Origin: an uncultured Rickettsiales bacterium
GTDB taxonomy: Bacteria; Pseudomonadota; Alphaproteobacteria; WRAU01; CAYYLE01
DNA: 60,452 nt
Reading direction: 5' to 3'
Assembly: GCA_964472375.1 (NCBI GenBank)
Contig: CAYYLE010000002.1
Coordinates: 1-60,452 of the forward strand
Positions 8,054-18,400 of the stretch are shown here, in pieces. The notes below the pieces were generated by a model. It did no database searches and had not been told where the DNA came from. It was given only the letters and a program-made list of their open reading frames with translations. The translations under genes were made by a program, and so were the position numbers. The first letter of the stretch is position 1. The number at the start of each line of letters is the position of its first letter.

Positions 8054-11000
8054 TTATTCCCAAAGTTCTGGGTCTGCATCTTGAGGGATTAAAGGTTTAC
8101 TATCTGTGTTTGTGTTTCTTCTTCTAAAGGTTGACTTTGGTTCTTCTTTTTGCCCTTCTGTGCTTTGTGTTCTGCCTGTGTTTACAATAGTTTGAGACCT
8201 TACAGAACCAACCTCTTGCTCTCTTTTAGAACTATCTAAAACATTCCTATCAACAGGATATTGACCAAAAGGGTCTTCTTCTGTTTCTACTTTTATATTT
8301 TGCTTATTTTCAATACCTGTGGCTTTTTCAAGCTCTTGAATTCTTTTCTGTTCTTCGGTTTTTTCTTGCTCTACCTCTGTTCTACCAAGTTGCTCTGGCA
8401 CTAAGCTATTTGGGTTAACTTTGCTTGAACCTGGGTTGGATATTTTTTCAGTATTGCTAAAGTCTGTGCCTCTTAGGTTTTCACTTGGTACTAAGTTGTC
8501 TATTTTTGCACCCACACCGCCTATGGTATCTATATTTGTTTGTCTATTAGTATCAGTATTTTTAATATTTGACCTAACTTCTTTTATAGCCTTTTTCTCT
8601 ATTTCTTTAGCTTCTGCACTTCTTTCTACTTTTTTCTCTTCTTTTGGCTTTATTTCAGGGTTTTTTATAACAATAGAGCCATCTGACTTGCTAAATTTAT
8701 ACTCTGGTTGTGCAAGAGAGCCTTTAAAATAATACGCCATAGGTTTAGAAGATTTAGCAGTGCGAGAAATATTACCCCTTATATCTATAAAAGAATCTTC
8801 AACTCTGTAAGACCCTTCAAAGCTCCCTCTTCCTTTTGTTTTACCATGAATGTAATCAACAACAACAGGAAAAAAGTCAAACCTTCCTGAAAAAGCCTGC
8901 AAGCTACCGTAAAGGTCGTTTATGTATATCTCTGTTTTACCATCAATTTTTTTGTTACTTTTGCTTAAAGTAAGAAAGAAACCCTTACTGTTATTTGTTT
9001 TGTTAGATTTAAACCTTTCTAACTTTACAAACCTAATGTCACCTTGCAGCATGCTTAAAAAACCTGCTGAAGTCATGTTTGAAGACCTTAATCTACCATT
9101 TAAAACAACCTTGCCTTTTACTTTATACTCACTAAACATGTACTTGTTTATATCTTCAAGGTTTAAAGCAAAATTATTAAAGGTTATGTTTCCAGCTAGT
9201 GCAGGGTTTACATTTTTATTATAGCTAAAGAATAAAAGTGCACTACCTTGCTCTTGAGACTGTACATCAAACCTTTGTACAGTAATACCAGAACTGTTTA
9301 AAGAAGCATCTACTTTTAAGTTTTTAAGCAATATATTGTCAAACTCAAACTCTTCACTTTCTAGCTTTAAGTTAATATTTAGTTTGTCGCTTATACCAAA
9401 GAAAGAATCTTTTTCTACAGAAAGTAAATTAGACCCTGACATATTCTCACTAGGTCTTAAGATGTTTAAAAAATAATCATAATCAAATTTATTGTTCTTA
9501 ACAGTAAGAGCAACATCTATTATAGAAACTCTTTCTTCAAGGTTAACTTGCATGTTGTTAAACTCTAGCTCATCAAACTTTAGCATAATATTACTAAAAT
9601 AAACCTTAGAGTTTTGCACACTTAAATCAAATGCTGTTGAAAAAGACCTGCTATCTTTAGAAGCTGCCTTAATTGCTTTGTAAGACGAAGGGGATACATT
9701 AAGCAAATTTAAAAAATCATCAAAGCTACCTTGTGCATTACTTACAAGCTTTGCTTGTGAAAGCTCTGGATATAAAAAACCTGCAAGAGATACCTCTGTT
9801 TGCTTATAGTTTGCACTTAGATTGTTTAAGTAATACTGCCCCTTGCTATCTCTGTTAAGATTAACATTGATTTCAACTGGGTTGCTTTCGTTTAGTGATT
9901 TAAAGTTAATATTGCTAAATGTGTGCGTTGCATCAAAAACCTTATAAAAAGAGCTATGTAAACTATTTAGATAAACAAACAAATAAGATATATTTGCTTG
10001 CCCCATAGACCTATTTTTTTGTGCTCTTTCTTGATAAGACCTTACAAAATTAGCCATATTGGCAGAATTTACATCAATATCTAGTTTTACAGCATTGCTT
10101 GAAAAACCGTCAACCATTGATAAAGAGCCTGTTATATTTGTACTGTGATTTACATCAAGATTTATATTTTTTAGCTCTACTAATTTGTTATTAGCTACAA
10201 GGTTTGCACTAAAGTTTGCACTTTTAAACGCTGATGTATCAAAAAAACTATCATTTGCACTTGAAAGAGCAAGCAAATAATTTATAGCCCCACTGCTTGC
10301 ACTTGTCTTTAAGTCCATTGCAGATTTTTCAAAATTTACAGTACCTTCTGCTCTAATTTGATTTTCAGATCTTTCACCTAAATACAAACTAAAGTCAATC
10401 TCTTTTCCACCTTCTGATGTTCTTGAAGAGTAAAAATTGTATGAGTGCTTTTCTTTACCTGTAAAAAAGTAGCCTTCACTTTCTAAAGAGCCTGTTATGC
10501 CTCTTTCTAAATAACCACCTAGGTTTTGCACTGAAAATACATTGTTTTCTCTTTGGTTTAAAACAACCACATTGACTCTTCTGTATGTAAAGCTATCTAC
10601 CTTGTTAGGGTCAAGCTCTATTCGTGAGATAAAAAACCTATTTAACCCCATGAAAAAAGAACCTTCGGCAAAATCATCTGCTACTTGATTAGATGTTTTT
10701 TGGCTATTTGGCAAAATGCTATCGCTTTGCTGAGTGAAAAACTCTTGACTGTTGTAATCTTGAATATCTGTATTGTGTGAAAGACCATCTCCTTCATTAA
10801 AAGAATCTTGCTCTTGTTTATCAAAGTATCTTGAGCTATTTCTTTGTACAAATTTTTGAAAAATTTGCTCTATTTGACCATCTAAAGAGCGACTATCTGT
10901 TTTATCTTTACTAAAAGATGTTTTTAAAACAAAGTTTGCACCTTCTATCTGTACACTATCTACTGTAAGCTTACCTAAAAACAGGCTTAAAAACTTAAAA

Positions 11001-11566
11001 CTAAGTTTTACTTTGTTTGTTTCAAATACATTAATAGAAACACTGCCATCTTTTTGCGATGGTGTATTGCCCACTTGATTAAAAGAAACATTGTTTATAA
11101 ATATAGAAGGACTTGGAACTATGCTTACTTTTATAGAACCATCAACACTTGCTTGATAGCCTGTAATATCACTTAGAGCGTCTTGAAAGTAGTTTTTGTA
11201 GTTTGTGGTATTTATAACCCTTGAAAGCACAACGCTAAAAAGAAATAAGGCTATAAAAACAATTACTAGAAACTTAAACAGCTTACCTTTTATAAAGTTT
11301 AAGGCAAAAAAAGCTATATAAACTATTAAGGTAACAACCTTTGCGACAAAAAGAGCTATCTTGTCAAGCAATAGTATTAAGGGCTTTACTTTAGGGAACA
11401 TAGATAAAACAGCTTTTTTAAATGGCTCAAATAAATGAGCTATTGAATTAAAAAGCTTGTTTAAATCTTGCTTTACCTTCTCACGACCAGTGTGACTAGA
11501 TTCTTTGTTGCTCTCTTTTTGTGCAACTTTTTTAGCTCTAGAAACAATAAAACGCCCTAGGTTCAT
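8054..11566 (-). CDS. AsmA-family envelope protein (putative inter-membrane lipid-transport type), very long form
   Basis: The 1170-aa protein has two N-terminal TM helices followed by an AsmA-like N-domain (DITGYQASVDGSIKVSIVPSPSIFINNVSF). An AsmA_2-like C-terminal module follows (GRGSFEGSYRVEDSFIDIRGNI...YYFKGSLAQPEYKF). The last roughly 220 aa form a charged E/K/Q/T/N-rich tail. Confidence 0.7.
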   Translation of the reverse strand: MNLGRFIVSRAKKVAQKESNKESSHTGREKVKQDLNKLFNSIAHLFEPFKKAVLSMFPKVKPLILLLDKIALFVAKVVTLIVYIAFFALNFIKGKLFKFLVIVFIALFLFSVVLSRVINTTNYKNYFQDALSDITGYQASVDGSIKVSIVPSPSIFINNVSFNQVGNTPSQKDGSVSINVFETNKVKLSFKFLSLFLGKLTVDSVQIEGANFVLKTSFSKDKTDSRSLDGQIEQIFQKFVQRNSSRYFDKQEQDSFNEGDGLSHNTDIQDYNSQEFFTQQSDSILPNSQKTSNQVADDFAEGSFFMGLNRFFISRIELDPNKVDSFTYRRVNVVVLNQRENNVFSVQNLGGYLERGITGSLESEGYFFTGKEKHSYNFYSSRTSEGGKEIDFSLYLGERSENQIRAEGTVNFEKSAMDLKTSASSGAINYLLALSSANDSFFDTSAFKSANFSANLVANNKLVELKNINLDVNHSTNITGSLSMVDGFSSNAVKLDIDVNSANMANFVRSYQERAQKNRSMGQANISYLFVYLNSLHSSFYKVFDATHTFSNINFKSLNESNPVEINVNLNRDSKGQYYLNNLSANYKQTEVSLAGFLYPELSQAKLVSNAQGSFDDFLNLLNVSPSSYKAIKAASKDSRSFSTAFDLSVQNSKVYFSNIMLKFDELEFNNMQVNLEERVSIIDVALTVKNNKFDYDYFLNILRPSENMSGSNLLSVEKDSFFGISDKLNINLKLESEEFEFDNILLKNLKVDASLNSSGITVQRFDVQSQEQGSALLFFSYNKNVNPALAGNITFNNFALNLEDINKYMFSEYKVKGKVVLNGRLRSSNMTSAGFLSMLQGDIRFVKLERFKSNKTNNSKGFFLTLSKSNKKIDGKTEIYINDLYGSLQAFSGRFDFFPVVVDYIHGKTKGRGSFEGSYRVEDSFIDIRGNISRTAKSSKPMAYYFKGSLAQPEYKFSKSDGSIVIKNPEIKPKEEKKVERSAEAKEIEKKAIKEVRSNIKNTDTNRQTNIDTIGGVGAKIDNLVPSENLRGTDFSNTEKISNPGSSKVNPNSLVPEQLGRTEVEQEKTEEQKRIQELEKATGIENKQNIKVETEEDPFGQYPVDRNVLDSSKREQEVGSVRSQTIVNTGRTQSTEGQKEEPKSTFRRRNTNTDSKPLIPQDADPELWE

Positions 11567-11599
11567 TTTAGTAACTCAAACAAAACTACGCTAAAAAGC

Positions 11600-11728
11600 T
11601 TAGAATCCCTGACGAGTTTTGATTTTTGGGTTGCTTTTACTTATAACGTAAACTCTACCTCTTCTTTTAACAACAATAGCATCTCTAACGCGTGTTTTAG
11701 CAGATTTTAAAGAACTTCTAACTTTCAT
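11600..11728 (-). CDS. rpmJ: 50S ribosomal protein L36 (alphaproteobacterial non-zinc type)
   Basis: I translated this by hand: [42 protein letters not shown] (42 aa, TAA stop at 11600-11602). It is too short for the ORF track. Confidence 0.9.
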   Translation of the reverse strand: MKVRSSLKSAKTRVRDAIVVKRRGRVYVISKSNPKIKTRQGF

Positions 11729-11818
11729 CTTCTCTTACCTTTTGATTTTGTAACAAAACATATCATATATTATCTAAACTAAGTATGCAAACCTAAATAT
11801 AAACCAAAATAACAAAAC

Positions 11819-14800
11819 TTACAAGTAGCTTAATTTACTTAAGTTATCTAAAACTGTAAATGTTGCCTCAATCTCTTTTCCATCTTCAATATTTTTAGCT
11901 ATAAACAAAGAGCCATCTGGTCTTAGTTTTGCAAAGTTTCTTACATCTTGCACAAAACCCATAAGGCTTTGAATGTTTTTAACCTTGCTTTCGACAAAAT
12001 TAATAACAAAGCCTTTTTTACTAAGCTGAAGCCTAGAAACCGCTAAAGCTCTGCATTTTATTTTTACTACAAAAGAATTAAAAAGGTTTTCAAGCTCATC
12101 AGGTAGTTTGCCAAATCTGTCTATAAGCTCATATTTAAAGTTATAAACATCTTCTTCACTTTCTAACCTGCCAAACTTTAAGTATAAAGACATTCTTAAA
12201 TCAATATCTGATACATAATCAGTTGGTATTGTTGCAGGAATACCAAGGTCTACCTTTACTACAAAATCTTCCATATCTTCATAGCTTGGTTTTATTATTT
12301 CCTCTTGGTTTTTGTCTTTGTTCTGCACTGTTTTTATTGCTTGCTCTAAAAATTTTTGATAAAGCTCTATACCAATTTCTTTAACATAGCCTGATTGCTC
12401 TTTACCTAGTAAGTTGCCTGCTCCTCTTATGTCTAAATCATGCTTTGCAAGTGCAAAAGATGCACCTAAATAATCAAGGCTTTGTATGACCTCTAGCCTT
12501 TTTGCTGCAAGCTCGTTTAGTTTTTTGTCTGCTTTGTAGGTCATGTATGCAAAGCCTTTGGTTGCAGACCTTCCTATTCTGCCTTTTAATTGATAAAGCT
12601 GTGCTAAGCCAAAATTGTCTGCATTGTAGATAATCATGGTATTAGCATTAGATATATCAATACCGCTTTCAACAATATTTGTTGCTATTAGTATATCAAC
12701 ATCTCCTTTTTTAAATGCAAGCATATTATCTTCAAGTGCTTTTATAGGCATTTGTCCGTGTGCTTTTACATATGATGGGTTTTCAATATGTTTGTTTATA
12801 AAGCTTTCAATCTCATTCATGTGCCTTATACGATTACATATAAAAAACACCTGACCTTTTCTTGATAACTCTCTATTAATAGCTTCTTTTATGTGCAAAA
12901 CATCAAAAGGAACAACATAGCTACTAACATTTTGCCTATTTGAAGGCGGTGTTGTTATTAAGCTTAAATCTTTAATTGAGTTCATAGCCATTTGTAAAGT
13001 ACGAGGTATTGGCGTTGCACTCATGCTAATTACATGCAAGTTGTTGCGAATTGATTTGATTTTTTCTTTATCTTTAACACCAAAGCTTTGCTCTTCATCT
13101 ATTATTGCAAGTTTTAGGTTTTTAAACTTCACACTATCTGCAAGCAAGGCATGAGTACCTACTACAACATTAATATCACCATTTTTAAGGTCTTCTTTTA
13201 CTTTCTTTCTTTCTGCTTGGTTTACAACACGAGAAAGCATTTTTACTTTTAAGCCAAATTTTTCAAGTCTTTCTTTAAAAACTTCATAATGTTGCATTGC
13301 AAGTAATGTTGTGGGACAAATAATACAAACTTGAAATTTTTCTATTGCTATTAAAAAAGCAGCCCTTAAAGCAACTTCTGTTTTACCAAAGCCAACATCA
13401 CCACATATTAATCTATCTATGTTTTTAGAGCTATGAAGGTCGTTTATTATATCTTCAATTGCCTGTATTTGGTCGCTTGTAGGAATGTATTTAAAATCTC
13501 TTGCAAACTTTTCATACATTTCTTCATTGATATGAAAAGAAGATGTTTTAGTTACACTTCTTTTAGCAGCAGTTAAAACAAGCTCGTAAGCAATTTCTTG
13601 TATTTTTGATTGCGCTTGTTTTTTGCGTTTATCCCACGATTGACCTTTTAAGCTATCAAGCCTTGCATCGCCTTTGCTACCGTATCTTGTTATAAGGTCA
13701 ATATTTTCAATTGGTAAAAAAAGCTTATCTCCACCTTCATAGAGAATCTCTAGGCAATCATGCACCAGGTCATCATCCATTTTTAAATGCACAAGGTTTT
13801 CAAACTTACCTATACCGTGTTTTACATGCACTACAAGGTCACCTTTTGAAAGCATTGAAGCATCGTATATTTTGTTTCTGCTTGCTTTTGTTTTACTTTG
13901 CCTTAGGCTTTTTACACCAAAGTCTGATATAACACTTAGTTCTTTTTCGCTTAAAAATACAGTATCATCAGCACTAAAGCCCGAAGATATATTTAACTTT
14001 GTAATAAAAATGGTTTTTTTATTACTGTTTTTATCTTCATTTGCTTCATTTTTATAATTATTTATAACAAGATAATCTTTTTTAGTAAAATAAGTGCTTA
14101 AAGTATCTGCTTTATCTTCAGATGCACAAGATGCAAAAATTCTTTTATTTTCAGAACTATTTTGCAAATAATTATGTAAATCTTGCTCTCTTTCTATAAG
14201 CCCTGAAGGTATAATCTTTACCGATGCATTAACAGTGTTTTTATTTTCTGGTAGTTTAAAGCTTGTTATCTTTAGTTTTTTAAGGTCAGAAAGTAAATTA
14301 ATTGTTTGCTCTTGGTTTAGGTACATTAAATCAGGCTTTAAAGGCTTAAATGATGCACTTTTGTTGATTTCATAACTACCTAGCCTGTTTTTATAGTTGT
14401 CTTCAATATCTTTTAAGTTGTCTTTTAGATTTTCTTGAAAGTCTTGCGTATAGATAAAAAATGCATCTTTTTCTCGCATTAACTCTAACAAAGAATATGT
14501 TTTTTCTTGAAAAAGCACTAAATAGTTTTCATACCCTTTGGGTTTTATACCATTTATAATTGAGCTATAAATACTGTTTTGATACTCTGCTTCATACCCT
14601 AGCTCATCATAGTATTTTTTGGTAAAAGAATTTGTTGTTGCTTTGTCTAAAACCAAGTTGGTGCAAAAAGACACTTCAGCACTTTCTACATCTCCTATTG
14701 TTCTTTGGGTATAAGGAGAAAATGTTTTAATGCTTTCAATGCTATCTCCAAACATTTCAATTCTCAAAGGGTTTACAAAACCAGATGGAAAAACATCAAT

Positions 14801-15319
14801 AATGTAACCCCTTATGGCAAAAGTTCCTGTTGCAACAACTAATGATTGCCTTTCATAACCTAGCTCTATTAGTTGTTTTATAAAATCATCTTGGTTTATA
14901 GTTTTATTAACCTGCAAGCTAATTGTTTTGCTTTCAAGGTTTTGGCTTGGTATTAAATACCTTGTTAAAGCTGATTGTGTGGTAAATAAAGTAAAACTAT
15001 CTTTGTTTAAAAACCTAACAGCATTTGCTTGTTTGCTTGTAATTGTAGAACTTGGTGAGTTTTTATCATACGGCTTAATATCATATTCAGGAAAAGAGAG
15101 TATTTTTTCATCACTTTCTGCAATACTAGAGTAAAAAGCTGATAAAGTATCAATCTGCAAGTTATCTTTACATACAATAACTGTTTTTTTATTGCTCTTA
15201 TTAAGCTTTGCAAGTGCAAGCACAATGTATTCTAAAGCAACAGACCCAATGTTTAAGTCTTTATCTTTTTCTTTATTTAAAAAGCTTGTTAAATTCTCTC
15301 TTATTTTTTCAATATTCAT
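11819..15319 (-). CDS. mfd: Transcription-repair coupling factor
   Basis: The 1166-aa protein has a CarD-like RNAP-interaction region (GDLVVHVKHGIGKF), superfamily-2 helicase motifs (GDVGFGKTEVALRAAF, DEEQSFGV, QLKGRIGRS) and a TRCF C-terminal domain. Confidence 0.95.
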   Translation of the reverse strand: MNIEKIRENLTSFLNKEKDKDLNIGSVALEYIVLALAKLNKSNKKTVIVCKDNLQIDTLSAFYSSIAESDEKILSFPEYDIKPYDKNSPSSTITSKQANAVRFLNKDSFTLFTTQSALTRYLIPSQNLESKTISLQVNKTINQDDFIKQLIELGYERQSLVVATGTFAIRGYIIDVFPSGFVNPLRIEMFGDSIESIKTFSPYTQRTIGDVESAEVSFCTNLVLDKATTNSFTKKYYDELGYEAEYQNSIYSSIINGIKPKGYENYLVLFQEKTYSLLELMREKDAFFIYTQDFQENLKDNLKDIEDNYKNRLGSYEINKSASFKPLKPDLMYLNQEQTINLLSDLKKLKITSFKLPENKNTVNASVKIIPSGLIEREQDLHNYLQNSSENKRIFASCASEDKADTLSTYFTKKDYLVINNYKNEANEDKNSNKKTIFITKLNISSGFSADDTVFLSEKELSVISDFGVKSLRQSKTKASRNKIYDASMLSKGDLVVHVKHGIGKFENLVHLKMDDDLVHDCLEILYEGGDKLFLPIENIDLITRYGSKGDARLDSLKGQSWDKRKKQAQSKIQEIAYELVLTAAKRSVTKTSSFHINEEMYEKFARDFKYIPTSDQIQAIEDIINDLHSSKNIDRLICGDVGFGKTEVALRAAFLIAIEKFQVCIICPTTLLAMQHYEVFKERLEKFGLKVKMLSRVVNQAERKKVKEDLKNGDINVVVGTHALLADSVKFKNLKLAIIDEEQSFGVKDKEKIKSIRNNLHVISMSATPIPRTLQMAMNSIKDLSLITTPPSNRQNVSSYVVPFDVLHIKEAINRELSRKGQVFFICNRIRHMNEIESFINKHIENPSYVKAHGQMPIKALEDNMLAFKKGDVDILIATNIVESGIDISNANTMIIYNADNFGLAQLYQLKGRIGRSATKGFAYMTYKADKKLNELAAKRLEVIQSLDYLGASFALAKHDLDIRGAGNLLGKEQSGYVKEIGIELYQKFLEQAIKTVQNKDKNQEEIIKPSYEDMEDFVVKVDLGIPATIPTDYVSDIDLRMSLYLKFGRLESEEDVYNFKYELIDRFGKLPDELENLFNSFVVKIKCRALAVSRLQLSKKGFVINFVESKVKNIQSLMGFVQDVRNFAKLRPDGSLFIAKNIEDGKEIEATFTVLDNLSKLSYL

Positions 15320-15332
15320 ATAAAACCTTGTC

Positions 15333-15599
15333 TTAAGTTTTTTTATACTCTTTTAATATATTCCACAGCTCATTATCAAGGCTTTTGCTTAAGGGGTTAT
15401 AGCCCATAAACTGCCTGTAAATATCTATATCTTTATGTTCTAATAGGTTTTCAAATTGCTTTAAAAGGTTTAAATCCATCTTGTGCAGGTGTTTTTCTAG
15501 CAAAAAGCTAAAAATCATATCAACCTCTTTTGCACCCCTCCTTGTTGCTTTATAATAAAGCTTTTTTCGCAACAAATTTATATCTAAACTATCACTCAT
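15333..15599 (-). CDS. sdhE: Succinate dehydrogenase flavinylation/assembly factor SdhE (DUF339)
   Basis: The 88-aa protein contains the RGxxE motif (ATRRGAKEVDMIFSFL). Its position between mfd and a divergent recG is conserved in alphaproteobacteria. Confidence 0.8.
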   Translation of the reverse strand: MSDSLDINLLRKKLYYKATRRGAKEVDMIFSFLLEKHLHKMDLNLLKQFENLLEHKDIDIYRQFMGYNPLSKSLDNELWNILKEYKKT

Positions 15600-15647
15600 A
15601 GTATAATTTCCTTTGAGCTAAAAAATAATTGAAAATTTAAAAAGTAA

Positions 15648-17744
15648 ATGGAAAATAAAACCTACCACCTTTTTAGAAGTATAACATCTCTTAAAGGTGT
15701 TGGCATTAAAACCAAACAAGCATTTTATAAAGCTGGCATCTATAAAATAATAGACTTGCTTTTGCACCTTCCTAGAAAAATTGAGGTTAAAAAAGTAATT
15801 AATAGTGTAACAAGCTATGATTTTGAAGAACCAAAAGAAATTGTAATAAAGCTAAAAATAACAAGCCATACCATAGGGCAAACTAAAGGTAGACAAAAAG
15901 CCCCATACAAAATACTCTGCCTTGACGAAAACCAAAAAGAAGTTACTTTATTTTTCATTAACTACTTTAGCAAAGAATATATTGAAAAAAACTATCCAAT
16001 AGATAGCAATATTTATGTTTGTGGCAAGGTTTCTATCTTTAAAGGAAAATACACAATAAGCCACCCATATTTGCTAGGTAATTGTTTTAAAGAGCAAGAA
16101 CTTGTTGAAAGAATATACCCTTCTATAAATGGAGTATCTTCTAAGGTTCTTTCTAAACTAATAAACCAAGCTCTTGCTAATTTCTCTTCTATTAAGCTAA
16201 ATGAATGGCACAATAGAGACTTTTTAAAACAAAACAGTTTACCAAGCTTTACAGAAAGTATAAATGTTTTACACAACACTAAAAACCAAGAAGATATAGA
16301 TAAAGAAGAATCAAACTTTGTAAAAAGGCTTGCAGCTGATGAAATGCTAAGCTACAACATAAACTTACTTAAAAATACAGTAAAATACAAAAAACAACTT
16401 GGTATAAGTTTTGAAAGCAATAATAAAACCCTTATAACAAAGCTTTTTAAAAACCTGCCCTTTACATTAAGCGATGAACAAATAAAAGCCATTAAAGAAA
16501 TCTTTACCCACATGGATTTAAAATGGCAAACTAATCAACTTTTGCAAGGTGATGTAGGCTCTGGTAAAACAATTGTTTGTTTTTTCTGTGCCTTAAAAGC
16601 AATACAAAAAGGATACCAAGTTGCACTTATTGCCCCTACAACAGTTTTAGCAAAACAACACTACCAAAATGCAAGCAAAATGCTTGAAAATATTGGAGTT
16701 AAATGTGCTTTGCTTACATCGCAAAACACTAAAAAAGAAAAAAGCCAAATAATAGAAAAAGCAAAAAAGGGTGAAATTGATATATTAATAGGAACGCACT
16801 CTTTAATAGAAGATGATATAGAGCTTGCAAAACTAGGTTTAGTAATTATAGACGAGCAACATAAATTTGGTGTAATGCAAAGGCACAACCTTGTAAAAAA
16901 AGGTTTAAAACCTGATATTATAAGCATGAGTGCAACCCCAATACCACGAACTCTTGCACTTTCTATTAAAAATATAGTTGATATTACAACAATTAACTCT
17001 AAGCCAAAAAATAGAAAAGAAACAAAAACAAGTGCCTTAAATGTAGAAAATATAGAAAAAATCTACACAAAGTTTAACGAAAAGCTAAAAAACAACACTA
17101 AAGTATTTTGGGTTTGCCCTTTAGTTGATGAATCTGAAAAGCTAGACCTTGTGGCAGCAAAAGAAAGATATAAATTATTAAAAGAAAAACTACCTGATTT
17201 TGAAGAAAACATCTATCTTATTCATGGAAAGATGAAAGAAAAAGAAAAGGAAGAAATACTACAAAGTTTCAAAAAGGTTAAAAAGGGTGTTTTAGTAAGC
17301 ACAACAGTTATTGAAGTTGGAATAGATATACCTGATACAAACATAGTAGTAATAGAAGAAGCAAATAGATTTGGGTTATCTCAACTACACCAGCTAAGAG
17401 GGAGAGTAGGAAGAGGAAGCGAGCAAGGGTATTGTATTTTGCTTTATAAAAGCAAAATTGGTAAAAACGCCCGTGCAAGAATTAAAGCCCTAAAAGAAAA
17501 TGAAAGTGGCTTTAATTTAGCAAATATAGACTTTATGTTAAGAGGCTATGGAGATATTTTAGGAACAAAGCAAACAGGTCTTATTAACTTTAAAATAGCT
17601 GATCTTGAAAAAGATATGAGACTTTTTGAAACCTTGATACAAGAAGCAGGAATTATTAGCACAAAAAAAGTAGACACAAAGCAATTAGAAGCAGTTTCTA
17701 TTCTTTTACAAATTTTTGATAAAAAAGAAAACTCTAACACTTAA
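15648..17744 (+). CDS. recG: ATP-dependent DNA helicase RecG
   Basis: The 698-aa protein has a wedge/OB N-domain and the helicase motifs GDVGSGKT, DEQHKFGV, SATPIPRT and QLRGRVGRG. Confidence 0.95.
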   Translation: MENKTYHLFRSITSLKGVGIKTKQAFYKAGIYKIIDLLLHLPRKIEVKKVINSVTSYDFEEPKEIVIKLKITSHTIGQTKGRQKAPYKILCLDENQKEVTLFFINYFSKEYIEKNYPIDSNIYVCGKVSIFKGKYTISHPYLLGNCFKEQELVERIYPSINGVSSKVLSKLINQALANFSSIKLNEWHNRDFLKQNSLPSFTESINVLHNTKNQEDIDKEESNFVKRLAADEMLSYNINLLKNTVKYKKQLGISFESNNKTLITKLFKNLPFTLSDEQIKAIKEIFTHMDLKWQTNQLLQGDVGSGKTIVCFFCALKAIQKGYQVALIAPTTVLAKQHYQNASKMLENIGVKCALLTSQNTKKEKSQIIEKAKKGEIDILIGTHSLIEDDIELAKLGLVIIDEQHKFGVMQRHNLVKKGLKPDIISMSATPIPRTLALSIKNIVDITTINSKPKNRKETKTSALNVENIEKIYTKFNEKLKNNTKVFWVCPLVDESEKLDLVAAKERYKLLKEKLPDFEENIYLIHGKMKEKEKEEILQSFKKVKKGVLVSTTVIEVGIDIPDTNIVVIEEANRFGLSQLHQLRGRVGRGSEQGYCILLYKSKIGKNARARIKALKENESGFNLANIDFMLRGYGDILGTKQTGLINFKIADLEKDMRLFETLIQEAGIISTKKVDTKQLEAVSILLQIFDKKENSNT

Positions 17745-17745
17745 A

Positions 17746-17785
17746 AACCAAATAAATTTAAGAAATTTGCTTAAACTATTTGGTT
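17746..17785. terminator. Bidirectional hairpin between convergent recG and the flavodoxin gene
   Basis: AACCAAATAAATTTAAG ... CTTAAACTATTTGGTT forms a long imperfect inverted repeat with outer 9-bp arms, inner 6-bp arms and one bulge. Confidence 0.5.
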
Positions 17786-17797
17786 AGTGTTAAAAAG

Positions 17798-18262
17798 TTA
17801 TTTACTTTCTTTTATAAGCTTGACTAAGTTGGTAGCCCATTTTGTTATTTCTTTTTTTCTATCTTCCCAATCATCTTGTATTCGTAAAATCTCTGTAAAA
17901 AGCTTACCTTTGTGGTTTAAAATATCTTTGCTTAGCACATCAAGTGCTCCACAAAAATGCGGGTAGTATTTATCACCACAACCCAGTAGTGCAAAGTTTT
18001 TTAAAGCCATGCTTTCTTTGTTTATATTGCTATAAAATATTTCAAAATCTTCTTGCAATGCACAAGGCTCAACACCCCAGCTAGAGCTTGCAAGAATATA
18101 TAAAATTCCATCTTGTAAATCTACATTTTTATCTAAAAAGTCAGAGCTATCTTTACAATCTACTTTTATTTTTTGCTTTGCAATAATGCTTTTTACATAC
18201 TTTGCAACGCTTTCTGTGTTTCCTGTTGTAGAGCCGTATATTATTTCAACTTTATTAAACAT
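17798..18262 (-). CDS. Short-chain flavodoxin
   Basis: The 154-aa protein has the FMN-phosphate loop IIYGSTTGNTE and a flavodoxin-like alpha/beta pattern. Confidence 0.8.
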   Translation of the reverse strand: MFNKVEIIYGSTTGNTESVAKYVKSIIAKQKIKVDCKDSSDFLDKNVDLQDGILYILASSSWGVEPCALQEDFEIFYSNINKESMALKNFALLGCGDKYYPHFCGALDVLSKDILNHKGKLFTEILRIQDDWEDRKKEITKWATNLVKLIKESK

Positions 18263-18400
18263 CTAATTTTTTACTTTCAATATTTTTTTGTTACAAACAA
18301 GTATAAAGCTTTTATGTAAAAACTTGCAAAAAACAAGCTATTAATATATAAGTTGTGTAATATAAGCAAACCAAAACACCAATATATTGTTATAAAAAAA

